From the NCBI GenBank assembly GCA_040954595.2, contig CM082584.2, positions 2,573,344 to 2,637,343 of the forward strand: a stretch of DNA of 64,000 nt, written 5' to 3'. Made by a program: the position numbers and the translations under genes. The notes below the pieces were generated by a model that saw only the letters and a list, made by a program, of their open reading frames with translations, was not told where the DNA came from and made no database searches. Numbering within the stretch: position 1 is the first letter of the stretch; every line of letters begins with the position of its first letter. The stretch is from Balanoglossus misakiensis (taxonomy: Eukaryota > Animalia > Hemichordata). Positions 38,573 to 51,970 of this stretch are shown here, piece after piece.

Positions 38573-38965
38573 TTAAGATGTAAGATGTAGATTAGCCATG
38601 TCACCTTCAACATCATGATGATCAGCTGACACACCAAGTTTTCGGAACATCTCATGTATTTCTTCTCTGGCAGCGTAGACATCACAACTTTCTTGCTCAA
38701 AAAATTTAACCAGGTTGGAAAAATTGCTCTTACAGAATTTCTTATCTGCAGTTGGCTGTTGGCCTGCACGTTGTTGTCCTCCACAGCCCTTGGACCAAAC
38801 AGATAAAGCATGTTGTGTTGGGGATTGAATCAATGCACTGTATTGCCATGAATCCACCTCCATGCGAGGGATCCCCATCAAGTCTGCCATAGCCCTGTAG
38901 TCATTGCCGGATAAACGGATGATATCCATGATATTAGAAAATATCTTGAGGGCATCCTTCAGCAT
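38573..38965 (-). CDS. Death-domain-like C-terminal segment of the ROCO gene
   Basis: GNDYRAMADLMGIP..SPTQHALSVW pattern, in frame with the upstream COR ORF across one TGA. Confidence 0.7.
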   Translation of the reverse strand: MLKDALKIFSNIMDIIRLSGNDYRAMADLMGIPRMEVDSWQYSALIQSPTQHALSVWSKGCGGQQRAGQQPTADKKFCKSNFSNLVKFFEQESCDVYAAREEIHEMFRKLGVSADHHDVEGDMANLHLTS

Positions 38966-38995
38966 CCACTTGACATCACTTTCATATCCACTGTG

Positions 38996-39832
38996 TCAGA
39001 GGATGGTTGTATCATACCCATCACAAAGAAAGTCAGTAGCTGCTTCTGAAATCACCATCTCCTCGTTGTACACCTTCTCATTCCTCTCTTCTGCTTCCCG
39101 AATTTGCTTCAATGTATAGAATGTGACATCTTCAGGGTTGCGATGGATTCGAAGAGAATCTGAACTCAACACGTGGATGTCAAGTCTTGTACCAGGACAG
39201 CAGATCTCTAACACTTCATAGACAATATCAGTTATTGTCTCTAATAATTTGTAGCATTCGCCGATTTCCTCTTCTTTCTCTGCTCTAACACAAACATGGA
39301 TAGCTCTCCAACCTTTTGTCATATACACCAAGCCTTCTGCATTGTGACACACTTTGATGCCATTTTTCCATATACCACTTGTCCGTCGGTTGATCTTTCG
39401 GAAATGGCGTTCTATTCGAGCGTTAAGTCGGGGGGAAAATCCTGGCGAGAAACTATCAGCATCATCTCTGCATTGGAACCGTCTACCATAGTAAATCTTC
39501 TTAGTAGCATCCTGTTTCCACTGATTTGCAGGCATATCTGTGTCCAACAACTCAGGTATTACATACCCAGTTACAGTATTGGATTCAGAAATGACCTCGT
39601 AGAGAAGGTCAAACTCTTTGAGAAGATTTATCAGCAAATCAATATCTGCCAGACCATGGAAAACTTCCTCAATTTCGCTTCTCATATGTAAGGACTTCCG
39701 CGGCAAGCGGTTTGCAAACTGCTCAAATATTTCAGGAGCCAGCATGGGACCGAATATTCTAGAACATAACCATTGGGGATCAAGAACAATGACGTCATCT
39801 GAATCTGGTAGGGTACTCTCGATTTGGAACAT
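38996..39832 (-). CDS. COR-domain exon of the ROCO gene
   Basis: DDVIVLDPQWLCSRIFG, YVIPELL, YYGRRFQC, FSPGFSPRL, IWKNG; acceptor AG at 39833-39834. Confidence 0.85.
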   Translation of the reverse strand: MFQIESTLPDSDDVIVLDPQWLCSRIFGPMLAPEIFEQFANRLPRKSLHMRSEIEEVFHGLADIDLLINLLKEFDLLYEVISESNTVTGYVIPELLDTDMPANQWKQDATKKIYYGRRFQCRDDADSFSPGFSPRLNARIERHFRKINRRTSGIWKNGIKVCHNAEGLVYMTKGWRAIHVCVRAEKEEEIGECYKLLETITDIVYEVLEICCPGTRLDIHVLSSDSLRIHRNPEDVTFYTLKQIREAEERNEKVYNEEMVISEAATDFLCDGYDTTIL

Positions 39833-40221
39833 CTGTGAATAAACAATGGGGAAAAATACTTATGTTTTGAGACATTTATTCAAATGAAATTGTGCATATA
39901 TCTTAGTGACACACATACCAGTATGTAGATGTGTGCATGGCTGATCATACATAGGGAAACCGCGAAACCCAGGCCAAGTCTAGCCTTGCCTGGCCAAACC
40001 ATCTCGGCTATAGTGATCGAAAAAAAAACTCATCAACGCCACAATATTGCCACTGGTGATTTAGGAACAATGTCAGGGCTATACCCACACTAGTGACACA
40101 CATGGACCACAAAAACATGTTTATAGCAGAGGGCCTTTTCTGGGTTTTTTTTCTCAGTCTTGAATCCCTGTCTAGATCCTCAGCAAAAGGCTCTGTCAAG
40201 CCTTTCACCCCCAGATCCCTC

Positions 40222-43200
40222 TTAAGAGAACCCAGCCTGTGATTGGAACTGCGCTGAGTACTACAGCTGGCCTTCAAGGCGCAAGACCGCGGCGTGTATG
40301 TACACTTTTCGTGTCCCGGCTGAATCCAGCAACAACATGTGAAAATGTTGAGCGCTATGCTGCGGACAAATTTGATGTAGGTGTGAACTGTACAAAACTG
40401 AAAACAAAGTATGATATGTATGCTTCTTTTATGGTTGAATTATCTGATGTAGACATTAGAGTTGCCCTTGATCCTGTAAATTGGCCTCAGGATACTCTTG
40501 TAAGAAAATACTATAAATCTCAGACGCCATGACAAAACGCAAAAATAGTTTACGGATTGTGTCATTTAACTGTCGCTCTGTGAAATCAAGCTTTCATTCT
40601 GTGTATGAATTGTGTGAAACCCATGATATTTGTCTTTTACAAGAACACTGGCTTGCTAAGGAAGAGCTGTCAATTTTACATGACATACATCTGGATTTTA
40701 TGTCATTCGGAGTATCTGCTTTTGATTCGTCTGAACTCCGTATTGGTAGACCGTACGGGGGGGGTTGCAATTCTTTGGCGTAGATCGCTTGGCAAACTTG
40801 CCAGTATTGTTGAGTTTGCTGATAGTCGCTTGCTTGGTTTAGTTTTAGAAAATGATACTGACAAACTTGTTATTGTAAACTGTTATTTGCCCACCAATAC
40901 TAATGATAATTTTGAAGTGTTCAGTGAGTACTTGGCGAAAATCAATTCCATTGTTTCTGATATTAACACTGGGAATGTCTTTTTTATTGGTGACTGGAAT
41001 GCTGATGTAACTACTGATACAGGCTTTGGCCGTGAGTTGATGGAGCATTGTGAGCAATTTGGTTACATCGTTTCTGATGTTGAGCTGCTAGGCAGGGATT
41101 CTGGTACGTTTACTTAGATTAGCGATGCTCATGGCAGTACTTCATGGATTGACCACTGTGTTACCACTGAAGTTTCTCATAGCAATGTTCTTTCAATTTC
41201 GAGCCTTTGCAATGTTGTTGACTCCGACCATATTCCTGTTTCAATAGAGGTTCATTTCAACACTTCTGCTGATGAAAGCTTCAGCAGTAGTTCCTTCAAG
41301 CAATGTAATTTTCGAGTTGATTGGAAAAAATTGTCACAGCAGAATATATCCGCCTACACCCTTGTACCAAAGCCAAGATTGATAAGATTAATTTATCCGA
41401 ACAGTTATTCTGCACTAATGTGAACTGTACAGACCCTTCGCATTTACAGGCAATTGATACTTGTTATAGTAGTATTGTGGACGCATTGAATTGTGCTGCA
41501 AAAGATACCATTAGGCGTAAGTTTCACCAGAAAGTTCATGTTGTACCTGGCTGGAACGATTTTGTAAAAGAAAGTCACGACTATGCCCGTTCCATGTTTT
41601 TATTATGGGTTAATGGGGGTAAACCTAAACAAGGCCCGCTTTTTGAAACCATGAAATCTTTCAGAGCTCGTTTTAAGTATGCTTTACGTGCTTGTAAAAA
41701 GATTGAGAATCAAAATAGGGCTGACAAGATGGCTGACAATTTATGCTGCCACAAACAGAACGACTTCTGGAAGGAAGTCAGAAAGCAAACTAGCAGAAAA
41801 ACGCCACTTTCTGACACTGTAGGTGGAGCGACTGGTGAGAGTGAAATTGCAATTATGTGGCACAAGCATTTCAGTGATATTTTGAATTCTGTCCAGGCTC
41901 AGACTGGTAAAAATGACATCGAGGAGAAAATGAAGTATGTTAACTTTTCTTCTGATATGTATGTTTCTGAAGACGAAGTAATTTCTGCTATACATAAGTT
42001 ACCTGACGACAAGACAGCTGGCATTGACAATATTTCAGCTGAGCACCTCAAATTCTCAGACTCCTCTATTTTACCCATTTTTACTTGTTGTATTAATGCT
42101 TTGATTGTTCATGGTTACCTGCCAACTGAGGCTATCAAAGTTATTTTAGTTCCAATTATTAAGGATAAAACTAAGCTTTGTAGTGATGCCAGTAACTACC
42201 GGCCGATAGCACTAGCAACTGTTTTCTCTTAAGTTTTTGAGCATATTTTACTTTCTCGTTGTGAGGAGTTTCTTACCTCTCATTATTTACAATTTGGTTT
42301 CAAGCGAGAACATTCAACTGACCTGTGTTTATTTGCATTTAAAGAAATCATTAGCTACTACACCAGCAATGGAGGACCAGTGTTTACTTGTTTTCTGGAT
42401 GCTTCAAAAGCTTTTGACAGAGTTAATCACTTTAAACTGGTTAACAAGCTCATCGACAGGAATGTTCCCTTGTATGCTGTTCGAATTTTATATTACTGGT
42501 ACAGAAATCAATTGTTTACTGTGTTGTGGGGTAATGAAACCTCAGAGTTGTTTTCTGTTTCTAACGGTGTAAGACAAGGGGGAGTACTCTCTCCCTATCT
42601 TTTTAATGTCTACATTGATGATCTTATCAATGCACTCTGTAAAGCCAAAGTTGGCTGTACCATGTGTGGTGTCAGCGCTAACACTTCAGGTTACGCTGAC
42701 GACATGACTCTACTCAGTCCAAGTGTTAAGGGTCTACGCCGTCTTCTTAGAATTTGTGAAATTTATGGCAAGGATTATGATATCATTTATAATTCTAGTA
42801 AAACTGTGTGCATGCTTTTTAATGGGAAGAATATGAGCGTTCAAAGAATTCCTTCGGTTAAACTTAATGACATCACTTTGAAGTTTGTACCTGAACACAC
42901 CTATCTGGGCCATGTAATATCTTGTGATGGTTGTGATAATGAAGATATTGAACGACAGAGAAGAGCATTTTGCGTTAGAGCAAACATGCTATTGAGACAT
43001 TTTCAACATTGTAGTCAAGATGTGAAGAAAGTTTTATTTTTGGCATATTGTAGTAATATTTACTGTTGCAGTTTGTGGGCATCCTTTAAAGTTAAACCGA
43101 TGAAAAAATTTAAAACTATGTACAATAATGTTTGGGGAAGACTTCTCGGTCTTCCGCCATTTTGCAGTGCATCGGGTATGTTTGCTACAAACCATGTATT

Positions 43201-43500
43201 GTCACTTGGTGAAGTTTTTAGACGCAATATGTACAGTTTTAAGTGTAGACTCGAAAATTCTTCTAATGTTTTACTTGATGCGATCTGTTCATCAGATAGA
43301 GCGACTGACAGCATATTTTTCAAACATTGGCGAAAGCAATTGTATATCATGTAATTTTGCAGAGTTTTTTTGTGTGTGTGTGTCTCAGTTTCAGATTTTC
43401 CAGAGTATTTTCATTAGTGTTTTTTTTTCTTCTCTCTTTTGGGTATATGGACTTTTTTTAAAGTCTTAAATAAAGTATTATTATTATTATTATTATTATT
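40222..43500 (+). mobile_element. 5'-truncated non-LTR retrotransposon (RTE group, Proto2-like), ORF2 frameshifted
   Basis: ORF1 remnant (LFVSRL); endonuclease SFNCRS, LQEHW, GRPYGG, GDWNA, WIDH, SDH; RT NYRPIAL, FLDASKAFDRV, GVRQGGVLSP, YADD; AATAAA and (TAT)n tail at 43469-43500. Antisense in a ROCO intron. Clade call is tentative. Confidence 0.9.
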
Positions 43501-45148
43501 AAGGGTTAAATTTGTATGACACTAATCATGATCAAACAAAGAGTGCACTTAACGGTTGACACAAGCACACCCCCTGTCAACAAATTTTCCAGCGTTATTT
43601 CTGGTTTCTGTATTAGTACTTGCTTTTCACATCCCATGGTTTATATGTTTAAGTCAATGATGCCCTCTATTTTTGATGAACCCTGGCATTGATAGGTTTT
43701 AAAGAATTTCTAGAAAACTTTCAGAACTCCTGTTGGTCTTTGGAAAGGTTTCATCAGTAATTGTTCTGTGATAAACATAATTGCAGTACTGTACTTTCTC
43801 CAAACTTTGCGAGAACATTTTCTTGTAGTATGACTTCATACTGTAAAACAGGTTCTTTTCGCGACAGGAAATTTTCGCGATATCAAAAGAAGCAACTGTT
43901 ATGCATGGATTAATTTTGGCTTTCTCGTATTTCACTAACTGCATTGTTATCTAAGAAAAAAAACATTTTATGCGACTTTTGTATTTTCACATTTTTGGGG
44001 GCTCTCGCATATTTCATGAAAATTTATTGCTCGCGAAATAACCTGTTTTACAGTATCCTCCATGGATTTCTTAACCTACTGATCAAGTGGGGTAATGTCT
44101 TCAGCAACGATTTCTGTAATAAACTTACCTCCCCAAGGTAGTGAAGGTATCTCGTAGCTTTCTTTAGAAACTCTTCATCAATGAAACGATCCAACTCTTT
44201 CACTCTTTCTATATATGTTTTCCATTTGATGACCGGGAAACTGCTCACAATCCATTTGCTTCTTCCATCAAGTATCTTAGCACACAACTTTGGTATGTAT
44301 TCTTCTCTCTGTAACATTAACACAGCGACATATACCAGGTTCATGTCCAGACAGGGTAAAATTCAAAACATTTCATAGACACTATTTGCCAATAGTAAAC
44401 ACAGAGCATTAATCCTTTAAGTCGCCTTGTGTACACACACACAAGCAATGGGTTGCGGAGAGGTGTTAATCCTTACACTGGCTCAGGTCTGACCAAAGCC
44501 GTCTCAAATCTGAGACGTTTCAGGACCACTTAAACCATTCACACATGATAATTTACGCCAGTATTTCATCTGAGATGTTTCAAAAACGTCTTAAACCCCG
44601 GTGCGGAAAGTCCTGGGGTTCGGATTAACGTGTGTTTGTATAGTTGTTTATTTGGGAGTGGTCGTCGTGCATAATAACTGTGTAATTGCTCTCATGTACA
44701 CAGAAAATAATTGAACACTTCACACTTCCACGCGATTGACAACTGTTTGAATGGCGTGGTTATTGTTTCCCAGGGACGCTTCTGAAAAGCACTGAAACCA
44801 GATTTCTCCCAAAATCATCGTTGTTTCATAAGCTCGTGTACTTTTTCGTCGATAACTTTATGTTGTGTGTGTTTATAAAGCCAACTACTGTCGTTGTATG
44901 GTGTAATTCTTTATGCTTGGACCTGTTTGGGCCGATTTTCAAAGAGCCAAGATCGTTGGTGTTGTCTGTTGTCAGTCAAACGGCATTAAGATTCGCCACT
45001 GATTTGGGGGGTCTTTTATACCCCGCACCGGGGTTTAACGATGACCCCCATAATACTGTTGTTTGGTGAAATGAACATTCAGAAAAGCAACTCGAACAAT
45101 ACTGGCAACAGTGATATTCACCCTTTACAGACACAGCCCATTATTTAA

Positions 45149-45846
45149 AGTCTTGTTCTCACTAAAAGTTTGGACACCGGTGTTATGCCAGTGTTTACTC
45201 TCTGCAAACACAGGGGATTAGCCCACAGAATCTCCTTGCGTCCACACACTAAACTTTTGGCCACTGTTTTGAAATAAACACTGTCTAAATGGCCATGTTT
45301 AGCAACACGGCAACTAACAAAATTGAGGATGTCGAGGACATTACAGCAACATGTTGCAGTTTATATACCTGCATATACGTTCTAGACGACTTTGTGACAG
45401 TTTTGATAATGTTTAGAAGTAAATGAATGTTAATCCATAAATGGAAAATGCCTCGGCTTTTTGGTGATCGAGAGAACCTTCTGAAAGTTGGTAGCAGACT
45501 GAAGTGTTGCAGACCTGGCAAACTGCGAATGGTTTGAAAACCACTCGCATCCAGTGTGATTGACTTAACAATGGAAACTGACCAAAGACAATGGGCTATA
45601 CCTAATAAACATACCCAAAAGTCACTGCAGGGTGGCGCTTTTGAACGGTGTTTGTTTATCTTTGCGTTCTCACTGATTATTTGCGTCGGAGCGCTGGCCC
45701 AGCACTGGCCCTGACCCACCACCCATCGCTGTCGCAAATTAACACCGGCCCAACACCGGTGTAAAGCGTTCTCACTTGTTTTTTTCCGTCGGTGTCAAAT
45801 CTACACCGATGTAGCACCAGTGTAAACGTGCCAGTGAGAACGCCCT
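45149..45846 (-). mobile_element. 698-bp MITE (Harbinger-like), copy 2
   Basis: Reverse-complement copy of 21299-21996. Confidence 0.85.
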
Positions 45847-47010
45847 TTTAGACAGTTCTGATACCCGGTAAGTCAAAAGTATACAACCTTGACTTATTTC
45901 CCACTGATAAGAGTTCAGTTATTACTATCTGATAGTTGGCTTTCTTGGACTCTATGCATTACATGAGAGTATTAAGGTGATGTAAAGCATGCCTTTGTCA
46001 AATATGGCCCTAATGAATTAACATGTTCAATCCAGTCACACATTGCAAAATATCTATAAAACCATACCTTTGCACTTCGTAGACATTCACGCAATCTGTG
46101 CATATCATTATGCTGCGAGTTGTGACAATTTAGTATGAATGTCTCATCAAGAATATTCAGGTATTTGCCAAAGGTCTTCTGAGCTGTCTGGAGTATTTCC
46201 CTCATCACCAATTCAGCTATCAAGAAAAAAGTAATGATCTCTTGATAGATTTTTATTTACAAAGTATGGACATATACACAGAAGAGGCCACTTTGGTGCT
46301 GTTTTGTATTTTTTGAAAGCATCCGGTGAAATTCTACATCAATCACACTATCTGAATAGGTAAAATGTTGAATAGTAATGAGATCTCCTTTTGCATAGGT
46401 TCAGATGTAGTATGGGTGTCCCTTTCGAACAGAACAGCCAAGAATCAGCAAAGGTAAAGACAGCGCCCAACACTACATCTGGTTTTAATCAGATTGAGTG
46501 TACTCCCACACAAGGCTCCCAAATGTGTGAATACCCTCGCTCTTGTCACCTTTTATCTAAACATGTACTGAACATACCTTCTTTCTTGTGTTCAGCTTTC
46601 AACAAATCAGCCTTGCTTCCAATCAATATCACTTTTGGTTTACTCCCACCCTCATCCATATCTTGTGGTATGATTGCCTTAAGGAATGCAAGCCATGATG
46701 TCACCTATTAAAGAAAGACATGAAGAAGAATATAAAGTCATCAATCATATTATATTCAATCAGTCCCTAAATCTGGATAAAAACAAAAAGAGATAAATGT
46801 TTCACAAATATATATACTGTGCCATTCATCTTTACTTTAATTTCATTCACAATATTGCACCACCTAATTCACTGATGCACTGCTTAGTAATAAAAAAAAT
46901 ATTGTAATATATGCACTGTGCCCTTTCTGAGTTTCATCTTTACCTTTATTCCATAATTGCCCAAGATATTAATATCACTTATCATCAGTAACAAAAAAAC
47001 AACGACCCAC

Positions 47011-47295
47011 CTCTTGTCTCTGCTGTTGCATAAGTTTTCTTGGTGTCCAAACTACATCCTGCTTGTCCTCAGCCATTTTGAAGACCAATAAAACCACTGC
47101 ATTCTCGACTCTTAGGAACATATTATGTGTGACATAGTATTCTGTTTGTCCTGCAAAGTCCCACACACTGAACTTGCCAATCTTGGGTATGGATAATGTG
47201 GCTACATCTATGGCGGGTGTTGGTGTGTACTGCATGTTCCCTGGTAAAGGTGCTTTCTCTTCTGACCGTCGAGTCAATTTTGCTTGCACAAAGTT
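47011..47295 (-). CDS. Roc GTPase exon (switch I and G3)
   Basis: YTPTPAIDV..GKFSVWDFAGQTEYYVTHNMFL; phase-0 acceptor. Confidence 0.85.
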
Positions 47296-47534
47296 CTGCA
47301 TTGTAATATATGAACATAAGTGATGATTTTCTCACAATTTAGAGGTTGTAAACTTATAAACGGCAAGCGAGAGTATTTGATTCCGGATATAAGACCTCCC
47401 AGGTGAAACTTAGCATATTTGGCGGGAAATAATCACTGAGCGAGGTGTACATAGGATCAGCACGGCGAATGTTTTCAGCGGGGGGGGGGGGGGGGGGTCA
47501 TCATATTTTGGGTCTGTCAAAGGTTGGTATTTAC

Positions 47535-50500
47535 CTTGTTTTGTATGTTAGCATCAGCTTTGTGTTCCAATAACAATCTGACAAGGCATTCACCACCAAC
47601 CCTCCTTGCTGCATAATGCAAAGGAGTGTCTCCATCCTGTAAGTAATGAAGGAGGAGCATGAGAATAATGTCACAAAAATTGAAATATTATGTGAAATTT
47701 CCATAAACAAACAAACAAACAAATAAATGAATAAATATATCCGCATTGATAGAATAAACTTGCAGAAGTCAGGTTGGTATTTACCTTGTTTTGTATTGTC
47801 ACATCAGCTTTGTGTTCCAATAACAATCTGACAAGGCCTTCACCACCAACCCTCCTTGCTGCATAATGCATACAGTGTACATAGGATCAGCACGGCGAAT
47901 GTTTTCAGCGGGGGGGGGGGGGTCATCATATTTTGGGTCTGTCAAAGGGGGGGTCATCATTTTTTGGTCCAGGGTGAAGGGGGGGTCGGCCTGATTTTGA
48001 AAATCGATGACCCAAACTTGCCCCCCCCCCCCAGCCGTAAAAACAGTCCCTAACGTGTATTCGATGCGAGCTGGAAGTCAAATGAACGGTTACTCACGTT
48101 GGAACACCCATTCAAAATATGCAAATTAGGAAAAGACGCATATGCATTCTTTTCATCCCCAGAGACACACGCAGGAAATCAAGCAAGTGCGGCCACTAGC
48201 TGGAAGAGCTGAATTCAATGCACTGCCTTGTGATGTTCATGATACAGGGGGGTGATGATCAATGAATAGAACAACAATTGATTGATTAACAAAGAAAGAA
48301 AGAAAGGAATGCAAATCGTTTCCACACCTGCCTGTATAACACCTGACCCGACAGAGTGAGCAGTTTTGATTCAAAGGACAATGACAAAATTATATGACAT
48401 ATGCTGCAAAATGCAAAGGGGTCACCTTTCTGTAAGTCATGAAGGAAGAGCATGAGAACAATGTCACAAAAATTGAAATGAAAAGTGTTTTCTTATACAA
48501 ACAAACAAACAAACAAACAAACAAACAAACAAACAAACAAATAAATGAATAAATATATCCGCATTGATAGAATAAACCTGCAGAAGTCAGGTTGGTATTT
48601 ACCTTGTTTTGTATGTTAGCATCAGCTTTGTGTTCCAATAACAATCTGACAAGGCCTTCACCATCATCCCTCCTTGCTGCATCATGCAAAGGGGTGTCTC
48701 CTGTCTGTAAGTAATGAAGGAGGAGCATGAGAATAATGTCACAAAATTGAAATGTAATGTGAAATTTCCTTAAACAAAAAAAAACAACAAAAACATCTTT
48801 CAATACTTTCAGAATTAACCTGCAGAAGTCAGGTTGGTATTTACCTTGTTTTGTATGGTCACATCAGCTTTGTGTTCCAATAACAATCTGACATGGCCTT
48901 CACCACCATCCCTCCTTGCTGCATCATGCGAAGGAGTGTCTCCATCCTGTAAGTAATGAAGGAGGAGCATGAGAATAATGTCACAAAAATTGAAATCTAA
49001 TGTGAAATTTCCTTAAACAAACAAACAAACAAATAAATGAATAAATATATCCGCATTGATAGAATAAATCTGCTGAAGTCAGGTTGGTATTTACCTTGTT
49101 TTGTATGTTAGCATCAGCTTTGTGTTCCAATAACAATCTGACAAGGCCTTCACCACCATCCCTCCTTGCTGCATCATGCGAAGGGGTGTCTCCATCCTGT
49201 AAGTAATGAAGGAGGAGCATGAGAATAATGTCACAAAAATTGAAATCTAATGTGAAATTTCCTTAAACAAACAAACAAACAAACAAATAAATGAATAAAT
49301 ATATCCGCAGTGATAGAATAAACCTGCTGAAGTCAGGTTGGTATTTACCTTGTTTTGTATGTTAGCATCAGCTTTGTGTTCCAATAACAATCTGACAAGG
49401 CATTCACCACCAACCCTCCTTGCTGCATAATGCAAAGGAGTGTCTCCATCCTGTAAGTAATGAAGGAGGAGCATGAGAATAATGTCACAAAAATTGAAAT
49501 ATTATGTGAAATTTCCATAAACAAACAAACAAACAAATAAATGAATAAATATATCCGCATTGATAGAATAAACTTGCAGAAGTCAGGTTGGTATTTACCT
49601 TGTTTTGTATTGTCACATCAGCTTTGTGTTCCAATAACAATCTGACAAGGCCTTCACCACCAACCCTCCTTGCTGCATAATGCAAAGGAGTGTCTCCATC
49701 CTGTAAGTAATAAAGGAGGAGCATGAGAATAATGTCACAAAAATTGAAATATAATGTGAAATTTCCTTAAACAAAAACAAAACAAAAAAATATTTCAATA
49801 CTTTCAGAATTAACCTGCAGAAGTCAGGTTGGTATTTACCTTGTTTTGTATGTTAGCATCAGCTTTGTGTTCCACTAACAATCTGACAAGGCATTCACCA
49901 CCAACCCTCCTTGCTGCATAATGCAAAGGAGTGTCTCCATCCTGTAAGTAATGAAGGAGGAGCATGAGAATAATGTCACAAAAATTGAAATATTATGTGA
50001 AATTTCCATAAACAAACAAACAAACAAATAAATGAATAAATATATCCGCATTGATAGAATAAACTTGCAGAAGTCAGGTTGGTATTTACCTTGTTTTGTA
50101 TTGTCACATCAGCTTTGTGTTCCAATAACAATCTGACAAGGCCTTCACCACCAACCCTCCTTGCTGCATAATGCAAAGGAGTGTCTCCATCCTGTAAGTA
50201 ATAAAGGAGGAGCATGAGAATAATGTCACAAAAATTGAAATATAATGTGAAATTTCCTTAAACAAAAACAAAACAAAAAAATATTTCAATACTTTCAGAA
50301 TTAACCTGCAGAAGTCAGGTTGGTATTTACCTTGTTTTGTATGTTAGCATCAGCTTTGTGTTCCACTAACAATCTGACAAGGCCTTCACCACCATCCCTC
50401 CTTGCTGCATCATGCGAAGGAGTGTCTCCATCCTATAAGTAATGAAGGAGGAGCATGAGAATAATGTCACAAAAGTTGAAATCTAATGTGAAATTTCCTT

Positions 50501-51960
50501 AAACAAACAAACATACAAATAAATGAATAAATATATCCGCATTGATAGAATAAACCTGCTGAAGTCAGGTTGGTATTTACCTTGTTTTGTATGTTAGCAT
50601 CAGCTTTGTGTTCCAATAACAATCTGACAAGGCCTTTGCCAATCCTCCTTGCTGCATAATGCAAAGGAGTGTCTCCATCCTGTAAGTAATGAAGGAGGAG
50701 CATGAGAATAATGTCACAAAAATTGAAATATAATGTGAAATTTCCGTAAACGAACAAACAAACAAATAAATGAATAAATATATCCGCACTGATAGAATAA
50801 ACCTGCAGCAGTCAGGTTGGTATTTACCTTGTTTTGTATGTAAACATCAGCTTTGTGTTCCAATAACAATCTGACATGGCCTTCATCACCATCCCTTGCT
50901 GCATAATGCAAAGGAGTGTCTCCATCCTGTAAGTAATAAAGGAGGAGCATGAGAATAATGTCACAAAAATTGAAATATAATGTGAAATTTCCTTAAACAA
51001 AAAAAAAAAAAAAAATATTTCAATACTTTCAGAATTAACCTGCAGAAGTCAGGTTGGTATTTACCTTGTTTTGTATGGTCACATCAGCTTTGTGTTACAA
51101 TAACAATCTGACAAGGCCTTCACCACCATCCCTCCTTGCTGCATCATGCAAAGGAGTGTCTCCCTCCTGTAAGTAATGAAGGAGGAGCATGAGAATAATG
51201 TTACAAAAATTGAAATCTAATGTGAAATTTCCTTAAACAAACAAACAAACAAACAAACAAATAAATGAATAAATATATCCGCATCAATAGAATAAACCTG
51301 CAGAAGTCAGGTTGGTATTTACCTTGTTTCGTATGTTAGCATCAGCTTTGTGTTCCAATAACAATCTGACACGGCCTTCATCACGAAACCTTGCTGCATA
51401 ATGCAAAAGGGTGTCTCCATCCTGTAAGTAATGAAGGAGGAGCATGAGAATAATGTCACAAAAATAGAAATCTAATGTGAAATTTCCTTAAACAAACAAA
51501 CAAATAAATGAATAAATATCTCCGCATTGATAGAATTAACCTGCAGAAGTCAGGTTGGTCTTTACCTTGTTTTGTATGTTAGCATCAGCTTTGTGTTCCA
51601 ATAACAATCTGACAAGGCCTTTGCCAACCCTCCTTGCTGCATAATGCAAAGGGGTGTCTCCTGTCTGTAAGTAATGAAGGAGGAGCATGAGAATAATGTC
51701 ACAAAATTGAAATGTAATGTGAAATTTCCTTAACCAAACAAACAAACAAACAAACAAATAGACAAACACACAATAAAATGAATAAATATATCCGCATTGA
51801 TAGAATTAACCTGCAGAAGTCAAGTTGGTATTTACCTCGTTTTGTATGGTCACATCAGCTTTGTGTTCCAATAACAATCTGACAAGGCCTTCACCACCAT
51901 CCCTCCTTGCTGCATAATGCAAAGGGGTGTCTCCTGTCTGTAAGTAATGAAGGAGGAGCA
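47535..51960 (-). repeat. Tandem array of ~240-270-bp units, each one ankyrin-repeat exon plus intron
   Basis: Complete 99/102-nt phase-0 exons with low coordinates 47535, 48603, 48845, 49095, 49349, 49599, 49840, 50090, 50331, 50581, 50828, 51065, 51323, 51566, 51836; partial copies at 47785 and ~48400-48429. Each is flanked by TTAC/TAG acceptor and GTAAA donor. Confidence 0.95.
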
Positions 51961-51970
51961 TGAGAATAAT

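Noticed and set aside
47535-51960. CRISPR-like repeat/variable pattern
   Set aside because: Units are ~250 bp with splice sites and ankyrin coding sequence in a eukaryotic locus; no unique spacers or cas genes.
48720-51970. RSS-like words (ACAAAAATT, TAATGTG) in ankyrin introns suggesting RAG-like cassette recombination
   Set aside because: Orientation and spacing do not fit an RSS, and the nearby RAG1-like gene is a decayed transposon ~27 kb away; nothing supports a functional link.
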